DNA from: Anthoceros angustus
Lineage: Eukaryota > Plantae > Anthocerotophyta
Reading direction: 5' to 3'
DNA: 64,000 nt
Assembly: GCA_010909165.1 (NCBI GenBank)
Contig: MU008170.1
Coordinates: 1 to 64,000, forward strand
The translations under genes were made by a program, and so were the position numbers. Below the pieces are notes generated by a model. It saw only the letters and a list, made by a program, of their open reading frames with translations. It was not told the DNA's origin and searched no databases. Every line of letters starts with the position of its first letter. The first letter of the stretch is position 1. This document shows, in pieces, positions 1 through 11,435 of this stretch.

Positions 1-190
1 CTCGGCGGCCGGAGGAGGAAATCGAGGGGCGGGTGAAGGGCTTGCTCGTGGCCCTGTGGCAGCGAAGTTCTTCCTCCCCTCACCCTTCCCTTGGCATGTT
101 CAAAATTAAGCGTATGTGGTGTGTGTGGATGAAAGCAGGCGTGTCGAGAGAGAGAGAAGTGGAAGAAGTGAATCGAGGAGGAGAAGAAGG

Positions 191-330
191 GTGGGCGAGT
201 AGTCGTGGCTATGGGTATTTGGGGCAAGGCCGGCAATGAGGCTACGGTTTGGGGCGAGTAGTCGTGGCTATGGGTATTTGGGGCAATAGGTTGAGGCGGC
301 CACTTAGAGCGACCTCTCAAGCACGCAATC
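191..330. repeat. GC-rich degenerate repeat block, duplicated at ~1760-1870
   Basis: The motif GGCGAGTAGTC(GT/AG)GGCTATGGGTATTTGGGGCAA occurs twice here and again near 1797-1830. The run ...TAGGTTGAGGCGGCCACTTAG(G)AGCGACCTCTCAAGCAC is shared between ~286-323 and ~1830-1868. Confidence 0.8.
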
Positions 331-1507
331 GCTGTAAATGGCTTCCAATCATATTTTTGTGATTAATAATAATGGCGCCAACAATGGCGCCTATTAATGC
401 CCAACAATGGCGCTAACTTCTATCGCTCTTGACCTTCACCTAAGTCAAGACTTGCTTGCTCCTCTTACCTATCTACTCTCAACTTTTTCCCTCTCCATGC
501 CGGTGTGTAAGGGCTGGGATTAATGGAGTGCGAGCCGAGTGGCACGCCTGCACTCTTGAATGGACGCATCATGCCCCCACAAAATAACCCCAATCAAATT
601 TAAAATAGCCCTCCCGCCTCACATTTTGAAGAAAATGCTTTACAACGTAATCTACAACAAGGGAATCACGTCATCAATCGTTGTAAATGGCCTCCTATCA
701 TATTTTTGTGATTAATAACAATAATAAAGAGTTAAAAAATAAAGAACACATTTTGAGAAAATTACTTTACAACGTAATCTACAACAAGGAGCCATGTCAT
801 CAATCGTTGTAAATGGCCTCCTATCATATTTTTGTGATTAATAATAATAATAAAGAGTTAAACAAAATAAAGAACACATTTTGAGAAAAATGTTTTACAA
901 CGTAATCTACAACAAGGAGCCATGTCATCAATCGCTGTTGTAAATGGCCTCCAATCATATTTTTGTGATTAATAATAATAATAAAGAGTTTTGAAGAAAT
1001 AAAGAACAAATTTTGAGAAAAGGCTTTTACAACGTAATCTACAACAAGGAGCCACGTCATCGCATGCTGTTGTAAATGGCTTCCAATCATATTTTTGTGA
1101 TTAATAATAATAACAAAGAGTTTTGAAGAAATAAAGAACAAATTTTGAGAAAAGGCTTTTACAACGTAATCTACAACAAGGAGCCACGTCATCGCATCGT
1201 TGTAAATGGCTTCCAATCATATTTTTGTGATTAGTGATGTTAATAAAGATTTTAGAAAAATAAAGATCAAATTTTGAAAAAGCTTTTACAACGTAATCTA
1301 CAACGTGGGAGCCACGCCATCAATCCGTTGTTGTAAATGAGCACCCAAAAGAGTGCCACATCATCCAACTAGAAACCCCGCTGTAAACCGAGTCTTAAAA
1401 CTTGCCACATCAAACTCAAACCAATTTACAACGGAGGTGTTTAGACGTTGTAAAGATTGGGGGATTTGCAAAAGGGGTTTTGTAAAACACCCCTCTCCCT
1501 AGTAGTG
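329..1507. mobile_element. CACTA (En/Spm) DNA transposon terminal fragment (one end only)
   Basis: Ends in ...CTCCCTAGTAGTG at 1507 (reverse complement CACTACTAGGGAG) and is preceded by a subterminal tandem array, the layout typical of CACTA ends. No matching second end or transposase was seen. Confidence 0.7.
639..1340. repeat. Subterminal tandem array, ~6 units of 127-132 bp
   Basis: TTTACAACGTAATCTACAAC starts at 639, 766, 894, 1026, 1158 and 1285. Each unit also carries the inverted motif (C)GTTGTAAA. Confidence 0.95.
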
Positions 1508-2029
1508 ACTCAATCTATTTTTTGTCCGTGCCGAACTTCCTTCCGCGCGATCGGTTTAGGTTTTCATGCAGACCAAAGTCACAGTGTGAGTGGGCTGAGT
1601 TTCGGAGAAACTCAGCTCTCCAGCACCCTTCACTTCAGCCCTTCCACGAGGCTGGTGAGGCGGGAGGCTAGGGCGGCAAGCTAGGGTTGAGCGGTAAGGC
1701 AGGCGTGGTTGCAGCCTCTCAAGCACGCAATCGGGGCGGGAGGTTGGGGCCTGTAGTTGGGGCAAGGCCGGCAGTCGAGGCTACGGTTTGGGGCAGGGCG
1801 AGTAGTCAGGGCTATGGGTATTTGGGGCAATAGGTTGAGGCGGCCACTTAGGAGCGACCTCTCAAGCACCGATCAAAGGCCATGGCGATGAAGGGGTTCT
1901 GATCCCACGGGCGTGGGCTCCTTGGAAGGCGCCACACCTCCCTCTCCGATCCTCTTCATGTTGCGGAGAGGCCTCACAGCCTGTAGCCACAGGATGTGCG
2001 GGCCACCAGTGAAGGAGGGTTCCACAATC

Positions 2030-2721
2030 TCCACCACGCTCACCAAATCCTAACATGTGGTATGAGCTCTTTTATAGGTCATATGACCCCAAAAAGCCCA
2101 TCCATCCTTTGTGCTACGAGGAGCTGGATGCGCTACTGCAGCACGCCGAAGACCACAATGACCTTATCTGCCATATTGAGAACTACCATGCGAATTTTGA
2201 AGTTCTTTTCGAGCTCAGGGACCACGGTCGCAGGTATCGGTAAGAAATTTGCACAATCATAGTTATCAACATCAATTCAAAATTTCAAGGGAAGAAAGAG
2301 CTGGCAGAGCAACTGTAACACTTTTTCGTGGCAAGGCACTTTCTACTAGCTCACATTGGGAACCGTTGGAGGGTTTGGAGTTCCTTCAAGAATACATGAA
2401 AGAGAGATAAGGGGAGTGTCTTTATGTCCACTTCAAGTGCATGGCAAACCTGCGGACGCAGACCCGCATAAATCATTTAGAGCCATTAGAAAAGCCCTTG
2501 AAGAAGCGATGCAAAAATATCTATCTGTGGAGGACAAAGTATGGTGGAACTCGTTTTGGGCATCACAATCTGATATTTGCGACAAAGTCAGAGGAGGAGT
2601 CGATCGAGAACTTCAAAAAGCATGGGAGTGGTACAGCGACGGTGGCGACGAAATCCCATCGACGTTCCGGATGTCTTTGTGATTTCGCCTCGATTTAACC
2701 ACGGAACCCGGCTCATGTATC
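2030..2721 (+). pseudogene. 5' remnant of host DDD-type transposase, interrupted by the 2722-11467 insertion
   Basis: The frameshifted translation includes KYLSVEDKVWWNSFWASQ...LQKAWEWY, paralogous to RPYVTSREFLWWEAFWVDQ...LHKPWRWY of the transposase at 4097-4510(-). It stops at the TSD. Confidence 0.8.
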
Positions 2722-2753
2722 AACACGATATCTTTCGAAGGGGGTGAATATTC
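2722..2753 (+). repeat. Left terminal inverted repeat
   Basis: AACACGATATCTTTCGAAGGGGGTGAATATTC. Confidence 0.9.
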
Positions 2754-3612
2754 ACGAAGAGGGTTTTGTGACATATATCCTCTGAAGGGGGTTTCACATG
2801 GGCATTGAACTCGTACTTTTTGGGGTATGGGTCAATTAAAGGCAGAAAAGAAGGGTGACAATTCGTATGAACCATTGATAGAAGATCCATTCAACGCCCG
2901 CGAAGGGTTATGGTGTAAGAGTTAACCTCATTTGGGCCGCATTTAAGACCCATGACAAGGCCATTGCATGAGCGCCGGTCTTTTCAAAGAAAATGAAATC
3001 TACAAAAGAACGGTGATGAAACTTTGAGGATGCCACGCGGTGGTATCAAAAGCAGTTTGAGAGGATGGACGCCGGCCGGCCGGCGTCCTTTTCCTGGCAT
3101 GCCGACCATCCCTTGCGAATGGCGGCGAGTAGCAGGCCTTTAGTCGGATTTGGTTACAAAAAGACTTCAGGATTGGGGTGGGGGGATGGCTTCCGCACAG
3201 TCTCAATTGTGGTCGCAAATATATTCACATGCTTCAGTCCCCCAGACTGCAATCGATGAACTTAAAAAAGTGTGCGGAAACTAGTTCCCGCCGTCATGAC
3301 GCACAGAGGAACATGCCCGCACGGCTCATCGTGTGTTGCCTTTCATTATGCCGCAATGCGCGCCCTATGGCCACACTCCCACATGTCCTTCTCAATGGTA
3401 TGGACAAACTCTTGAAAATTGGAAGATATTATCTATGTCAAGTCTACAACTTCTCACAGAGGATAGCCACAACCACAATCCTATCATGGGCGTAGATACT
3501 ATTCAGAAATGTGCACTGCACATGGAAATGTGCACTGCAAACTACAGGAATGGAGCTTGACGCATAACCTCACCAATTGCCCGGCGAAGATGACACATCA
3601 TTCGAGTGTTTC

Positions 3613-6200
3613 CTACTCTTCGCCCGACTCCACGCCATCATCTTCGCTGGGGCCGGCATCATGACCATCCTCTTCGCTGTCCTCGGTTGCACTTTGACTC
3701 GCTGGTTGAATAAAGCCTCGCAATTCAATTAACTTATCTTTTATGGCCTTCTTATCCACAGCGTACAAATGTTTCCGCGTAGTCAAGCTGAACCCATAAT
3801 AGAGGATGACTGTTTGGTGAACAAAAACTTGTTGGATATTCTTTTGATGGATAGCCTTCGCCCCCCGTCTCCCCGAGTTGCTTCCAGGCTGCTTGCCATC
3901 CCCTCTGATTAAATATTCTTCCACGTACCTCCCTTCATACGCATCTGTGTGTTCAGTTCTGAACCAATGAACAAGGAAGTGAGGCTGTGGTGCATGTAGT
4001 TTAACACAAGTCACCTTCCCAATCCAAAAGGGTCTATTTTGCGTGTCTATGCCCGCGGGAACTGCAACTAACATTCCTGCATTTATTTCTGCGATATCAC
4101 CATTCAACCGTGACATTTCTTGTTGGTGCCTCCCCATATTTTGGTATGCTCCCAAATACATATCTCGTTAGCTCCTCAAGAATGCCTCCTCCAAAGAAGG
4201 CTTCATCCGAACATGCAGAGGTTGTACCTTCCACTTGATCCGCGTACCACCTCCAAGGTTTGTGTAGCACAAGGCCAATGTTGTTTTCCACAATAACAGC
4301 AATCTCCTCCTGGTCCACCCAGAAAGCTTCCCACCATAAAAACTCCCTTGATGTCACATACGGCCTAAGTTCCACAAGACCGGCCTTTAGATGAGCAACG
4401 GCTGCAGTTGGAGATAATAGCATCTGGCTTCCTTTTTTATCCCTCGACCGCAGTGCAGTCAAGGGCGCAGCTGTTATAGTGTCCAAAGGCACAAATTTCA
4501 AAAACTCCAAACCCCCTTCTGTTTCCCACTGAGGCGAGGTCGAGTACTGCTTGCTCGATAATCACAAACCCACGGCCGCTTTCACGTGTTATTTTAAACT
4601 GTGCCGGAACGATAGGTTGTTCGACCGCCCCATAATCGAGTCCTCTCGCCTTGTGTAATGGGCCACACATATGACCTAAGTCGCCACTTACCAATACCTT
4701 GACCTCGTGTAGGAGTGTACGCCAGAAGATCTCGACAATGCGGGAAGCGTGTGAGCTTTTTATGTTTCAAGCTTTTGGAGAAGCAAGAAAACATCCGTCG
4801 ATTTGATCATGAGTATGCCCGACCAAAAGGAATCCCACTTTCACTTTTTCAAAAGTACCCATATCAACAAGCATGTTCGGATAGCAAAAGCAGGGTTCTT
4901 ATTCTCCCCGCATGTGTTGTCTAACCGCAAATACAAAACTCTTGGCAGACACCGTAATTATGTATAACGTCCGAATAATGGTGATCGTAAGATTCGCGTT
5001 CAAATTCGCATAATGCAAATAGGCTCTAGCTTTAAGCGTATAGTTGTGAATCATGCACCCAACCACGTGGATCGAATACGACACTCTCTACGAGGTTTTT
5101 CGCCACGGAGAAGATGAGGTATCTCTGTTTTTGGTCCATTCCATCAATTGAGAGCAGATATACTTATGTGGCTCCACATAGCTCTTGCTCCCGTGTTTAG
5201 CCATTCATTCTGGTGGAGCCGCACACGATGTGCTTCCAAGGCAACCCGAATTTCTCTGCGCTAAAAACATCATAATCAATAAAATAGACCCCCAACCTCA
5301 CCGCCCGACTTTGAAGAGAACCATCCAACCTATACAAAAGCTTTTTTTCAAGATTTACCAATCATCCTGCACAAGTGAGAAGTCGGCTCTTCCTTTTCTC
5401 GCAAGGATGATTTGGGAGGGGTCTCAATCATCATCAACAGGTACAGCGCCGGCTGTAGCCTCCCACTCTCCCGAGATGGGAGAGATACCGAGAAGAGGGC
5501 ACCGCTCAAAATCCATATGGTGTCCTCGCTCTTCGACATTGCTCCATCAGACAAAGCCGCGACATTTGTCGCCGTCAAATCGCAGGTGTTCCTCGAACAC
5601 CTAGGAATTTGCATCGCTATGTGCTTTGAGGGAAGCCCATCAAGCACTCTCATTTGCTCCCAATGTGTGCCTTCCCAGATGAGAGTGGTTCCATCAGTGG
5701 TTTGTTTCATGAGGATATTGTTGCTCGCCCACCATGGATGATGACTGACGCGAGTCTCCACTTCAGAAGTCAATCTCATCCAAGCCTCCCGAGTGAGACT
5801 TTGAAGGCCCGGCAACCGCAAGTACTCTATCAGGAGGAGCCATATGGGCGAGTGCCTCATGAAAGCTCTAGCATACGCCAGAAGTATCCATGGTTCGAAA
5901 TGGAGAAGCAACTGAAAAACAAGTCCAACTGAAACATCCGCTTGAGAAGAGCACTATAAGAAATACAAAGCACAAGCAAGATCAAGGTAAATTGCACCGA
6001 TGTTTGGCTTGTTCCTCCGCTGTTGAATGCTATCATCGCACCTGGACATCTTGTGTCTTCATAATCGATGCATGTGCTTGCAATGTCCAATACTTACCAT
6101 GGATTTTCACACGCCATCATCCATTATAATCAAGGAAGAAATCTAACCTTCATCATCCCTACGCCTCGCAATGGCAAAATGCACACGAGTTGCATGATGT
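3613..6200 (-). pseudogene. Frameshifted DDD transposase (DUF7869/Sola-like) with C-terminal barrel-like domain
   Basis: Motifs in the expected order: YLLSIDGMDQK (5160-5128), LYLRLDNTCGENKN (~4936-4895), GFLLVGHTHDQIDGCFS (~4836-4786), WWxxFW...WRWY, then the intact 182-aa C-terminal ORF 4161-3613 (MYLG...QNRPFWIGKV...LVHWFRTE...YEGRY). The 5' boundary is approximate. Confidence 0.8.
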
Positions 6201-7046
6201 CGGTGATGTGGCGACATTAGCCTCTTCCCTTCTTGTTTTCGTGAAGCACGGACATTGGGAAGGCATGTGTTGATCCCAAAGATGATCCCGATATGAACCC
6301 AATCGAAAACAACTAAACTTAGAATCCTAAAACAAACCTCCCGAAGGAAAGGAAAACTGCAGTGCAACGAAAGAACTCAAACCTCTTCTCCTTCCGGTGT
6401 GGGTGAGGCGCAACATTGTATGCCCGCGTCGTTCAGAAGAACCTTGATTGAGAGCGCCCGTGGCATGGGAGAGGCGCAAGGAAGGCGACAAAGAGACCTT
6501 GTGAGCGAGGAGAATGGTCAAGGAAGGTGCATGCGAATGGCGGTTAGAAGGCATATCGCAAAGATAGGAAGGACATTATTTTCTCGTCACACGACATCAT
6601 GATGGACTATCGCTGAGAGGTATCCAACGGTGGATCGCGCCATGCCTTTTATGGTCGACATAATTATGGTGCCCGCCACCGCACAAGTCAATGTGATTAT
6701 GGATAGAGGAGTTTATATTAGGCATAGCGAAATATGGTGTAACGAGGTATTTAAGCACGCTTTTGGTCTATAAATGCCCGGGGCAAGGGAACCCTAATTA
6801 CAACCTCTTTCTGTCTCATGATTTTCACCAGAGAAGTAACGAGGCAGAGCATAATGGTGTTGCTCGAGTTGGAGCACAATTGCGCTTGAATTGTGCTTTC
6901 TCCTTCGCCACGCGAGAGAGAATTCAGCAGCCTGTGATACCGCCGAGCTTTGAGAGGCAAATAAGCCATCGATCATCGCGTTTTAAACAGTTCGCCCTCC
7001 ATGTGATCGAGCACCTTCCTCGATTTCTCGCGCATAAAGTTGAAGC

Positions 7047-7752
7047 TTTCTCGCCCGCCAGCTTGCTGGTTTGCTAATTGAAGATGGCGAGCGGGAGGCG
7101 GAGCAAGAAGGACTGCAGGCAGTGGCCGACCCCCGCCGCAACGCGTAAAAAAACGGCTGGAACAAGGCAAGGCCGCGAACACCGGCAAGAAGTTCGAGGC
7201 GCCACCAGGCCAGGAGTGCATGGCAACTGGGAGCGCACTGCACATCCGAGGTGTGGAGGGCATAAAGCATACCGGGAGACAAAATCGGGAGCATGTCTTC
7301 GTGGAAGACAACAAAGGTCGCCGCAAGGGAAAGGAGGCACCAAAAGTTCAAAGCATGTGGGCCACCTCCAATTCCATCACCTTCCTCTTCTCTTTCGCGC
7401 ATTGACTTTCTCGCCCGCCAGCCGATTGGTCGCTTGCATAATTGAAGATGGCGAGCGGGAGGCGGAGCAAGAAGGACTGGCAGGGCCGACCGGCCCAACG
7501 AACGCGTAAAAACGAAGGCTGGAACAAGGCAAGGCCGCGAACACCGGCAAGAAGTTCGAGGCGCACCGGGGCCAGGAGTGCATGGCAACTGGGAGCGCAC
7601 TGCACATCCGAGGTGTGGAGGGCATAAAGCATCTGGGAGACAAAATCGGGAGCATGTCTTCGTGGAAGACAAGCCAACAAAGGTCGCTGCAAGGGCTGGG
7701 AAGGAGGCACCAAAAGTTCAAAGCATGTGGTGCCACCTCCAATTCCATCACC
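7047..7752. repeat. Two imperfect tandem copies, period ~360 bp, inside the transposon
   Basis: CTTTCTCGCCCGCCAGC starts at 7047 and 7407. Both copies end in CCACCTCCAATTCCATCACCTT. There are many small indels between them. Confidence 0.92.
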
Positions 7753-8826
7753 TTTCGCTACGAGGAAACCGTGCACATCCGCATGGGGTGGCCGATTGAC
7801 CTCGATTTTGTAAGGATTGGATGCTCGCCCGTGATCCGCATCCGAAGAGGAAAAAGCAGCAGATGGACGCCTCAAAACTCGATAATGGGGTGGGGCTTTG
7901 CCCAATCAAAGAGCAAGAGCCGGATGGGTAATCTGGGCAACAATGGATATGAATGAGGGGAGCCGAGTTCACGTTGTTTTGCACCACCAGCCATATGAGT
8001 TTGACGCAGTTGATCCAGACCGATATTTACAGGTCTTATGTTCTCCTGAGGGTTCAATGCCAAGAAATGTGCACCTCGCTCACTAGTCGAAGAGTTCCGT
8101 GAGTGCATGCGCCAACACACTGTAAGTTGGAACAAACAACTGTCTTTTTCAAAACCATGAGACTTGGATGACTGACGTGACTTTCGCTCGCTTTCCACCA
8201 CCGTAGTGAATGGCCTCATGGCTATTTGGAAGATTACGGAGAGTTGTGGATCACAGGAGAGAGCTTTCAATGAGAAGGGTGAGAGCAGCCCATCAAAGAA
8301 TTGCGTAAGAGGGAGAGTCCGAGCCCCGCATCCCGAAAGTGAACTTGGGCCTCGATGAGGAAGATGGCCCCATTCCGACGTGCTCGGGCATTCGGAGGAA
8401 GAAGTGTCCGGGGGCATGAGGAAGACGGAGATGCCGCCAAGCCCGGCATTGCATGGGCCAATGGTTGTCCCAACCATGGCCTACATCCGAATAGTCCGGC
8501 CGGCGCCTGTGTGTTGAAGGGTGGAGGCGAACTTGCCCACCCCGGATCCTAACCGGTTTATCCAGCCAAGGATGATGCGCCACGGCTACCGGAAGAGCTT
8601 CACTGAGCCCTTCCACCGGACCGCATGGAAGAATCGATATTGGGATCCCGAGAGGGAAGAGGGTGGAGGCAGGGGTTGAGCAGATGAAGAGGAGGAGGGC
8701 GCCGCCGGCCGCCTCTCGCGGAGAATCGACACCAAGGTCGGTCATGGGAAAGCGCCCGCTCAATTTGGATTCCATGCACTAAGCCACATAGTGGCGCATG
8801 GAGGCGTGGAGGAAAAAACCAAGAAA

Positions 8827-10920
8827 ATGGCAGCAAGAGGACCGTTGAGTCATTCGATCCATATTTCGACAGATGAAGAACGGTTAGAAGACGCGATCCG
8901 GATGCACTCTCTCTCGAGGGATTCAGCTTACAAGAAGGTTGTCTTGGAAAGTGTTGGTCAAATTGGAGAACTTAAGACCACCGCACATAACGCCGGATGC
9001 GCAGATTCAGGGGTTGATGAGGCATGGGCCAATTATTTGGCTCGGGTTATTTCAAGGGAGGATAGAGGAGGGTGTATTGCCACCTTATGTATGATAGATC
9101 CAAGTGAGTGCTGACCGAAGTCGGATCGGAAGCGATGGCGAAAAATACGTTATGGGGTTCTTGGTGGAACCATACTTATGCGCCATGAAACATCTATGTG
9201 ATATCTCACCGTGGAAGAAGAGGTTCAATATGTGGAAGCACATGTCTATTGTGGGCTTACGTACGTAAATGCGAGTGCCACGGATCACAATACCATGTCG
9301 GACAAAAGGAAGAAGATGAACTTCATTGAGCGGTGTCCCAGATTACTTAGATGAGCCGATTGCGAAACGAAGGAGTACAGATGACCATGGCATGGAAGTA
9401 CAATGCAGCACAAAGTGTGCGGATTGATTGAGGATGATGAAGGCGCCAAGACGATGTCTACAAGCGTAACAAAGTAGACAATCGCACACACATTTTATGC
9501 ATCGCCAAGCGTGAGGGAAGGTGTGGGACAATGTGGACTTGATTTTTCAAAGTGGGAGGTCGGAGAGCTAATGTAAGAAGCATTTACCGAGGATAAGCAA
9601 GAAAGGGAAAGGGAAGCGGAAGGTCGACGAAAGCGTAAGCAAGTGATACGTGCAAGGACATGTTGGCAAAGCCATGGAAATCCTTCCAAGGAATACCACC
9701 GGAGAGTGAAAGAAATTCGTGACAAGCTAAAAGTTTTAACTGGACTTATTGATTTGAAGGGCATGGATGAGGAGATCACTTTATGGAAGAAGTTCCATGT
9801 CATACAAGTTGCGATGGTGAAACACCGGGTGCTCATCATTCGAGGAGGTGCGAAGAATATCCGCATTCGGCTGCACTGGATGTTGTCCCGCTTTCAAACC
9901 GCTTTGCTGGAAAGGTTAGTTTCGTGTGTGTTCGAAGTGGAGGCGCCGGCCGCCTCGCCTCTTTTGCTTTGACTAACCATCATGTGTTTGGCAAAGAATC
10001 GAAGGATATTGAGGTCCTTTCCAAACTTCCGATGTCTTCCAACATTTCATTTTGAAGTTAATTGAAAGGATCGAGGACGAGCAGGCTCGGACAAGGACCT
10101 TGAGGAAGGATTGAGGTCTTCAATGTTCCATCCTGACAAACAAGTACAATACCAAGTGGAAAGCGAGATGTCTTAGACATGCGAGGATTTCGAGAGGACT
10201 AAGTACACACTTCTGGTGATGGACGTTCCAAGGGGGTTTCAAATTGGGCCCTTGGACAAACGAGTTGACAAGCAGATGATGGACACTGTTTTGCAGAGCT
10301 TTGCAGAGAAAACTACTCGGATGAGTTGAGAATGATTGTCATGCATGGTGTGGAGGAGGCTCACACCGTGAGGGAGTCAATGCGAAAGTGGAGCAAGAAA
10401 GGGGGCTTGGTCTCATTTGTATGGGACAAGACCAACATGAACAATGACAGAGGTGGGTTCGAAACCGTGGAATATGTCACGGGTGGGGCATGAAAGATGG
10501 GTTCACAGGATAGAGTTCCAATGATGCCTAATGCCATGCACGGCACTTTCAACAATGGGAGGTCCGTGATCGCACACGATACTGTAGAAGAAACAGTGTA
10601 CATGTCCCAAGACAAGCGGTGGTTTGCCCATACCGAGGCCTCGGGCTTATGATGAAACTTATCGAACCTTCTCGAGAGGGGATTGGATTTTGGATGTATG
10701 CGGAGTGGGACAACGTTATTGGCTTCCTACTATGCGATAATTGTATTGCTTGAAGCCGACTTGAGGTGTGCGTGATACATTCCACAAAAGGATTGCCGGG
10801 CATGAGGTTCTCACGATGTCAAGAAGAGTCGACGCTTGACGCCCACCGCAGAGGACTTGCAGCTTTGGGCAAAGGAGGTGTGTATCGAGAAGGACTCGCA
10901 AGCGCAGTTGTTTCTTTAAA
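8827..10920 (+). pseudogene. Decayed ParB/Srx-like domain + beta-class N4-cytosine/N6-adenine DNA methyltransferase (N6_N4_Mtase-like)
   Basis: Composite translation across frameshifts. ParB-like part: VDEAWANYL...RYGVLGG[N]HTYA...HVYCGLT...ATDHN...KMNFIER (9013-9333). MTase part: KYTLLVMDVPRG (10201-10236, motif IV-like); IVMHG...SFVWDKTN...ETVEYV; PY...LMMKLIE.SREGDWILDVCG.GTTLLASYY...LEAD (10628-10760, motifs X/I, three frames). The 3' end is approximate. Confidence 0.75.
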
Positions 10921-11435
10921 CGCAAGGCGGTCAAGACCAAAACTGGTGCCTTTTGGCGAGGGACAGCAAACTTTGGATAGTGTGGCCTTCCACGACCCCC
11001 CGACGACGACGCCACAGACAAGACACAAGGGCGTTGGGGAGAACGATAGCTTCGATGAAGAGGAAGTGGAGCGCTTATAACTGCTATTGTGATGGATTCG
11101 AGTTTTCTACCGGCGAGTCCCAAGTTAGCCCTAGGAATAGGCTTAGTGTTCTCATGTCATGTGCATCCGCCGCCTGCTTAGTTCGCAATCTTTTATGGAC
11201 CCGTTGCATTGAGGCAATTGATGTCTTTAGTTTTGCTTGTTCCAAAGAAACAATGAAAAGGCGCCGGCTGGCCGGCGCCCTCTCGCCGTTTTGATGTCTT
11301 TGTTGCACGAATACGGTTTTTCTCAATACCAACGTGTTGGAACATGGTCTACCTTTCTTTAAAAAGAGCTAAAACGCATATTTCGGGACTGTGTGTAATG
11401 TGCTAAGAGGGTTTTCATTTCACGGAAGGGGGTTC

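Noticed and set aside
639-1340. CRISPR-like array, and ORF 824-1216(-)
   Set aside because: The units are ~130 bp with no unique spacers, no cas genes are present and the context is eukaryotic. The ORF is simply the translated tandem repeat.
3067-3092. Rho-independent terminator (GC hairpin + T run)
   Set aside because: This is a eukaryotic locus, and a mirror hairpin at the other transposon end is better explained as a subterminal structure.
6973-7956. Many overlapping 120-230-aa ORFs
   Set aside because: They arise from a GC-rich 360-bp duplication that is open in several frames, and show no recognisable motifs.
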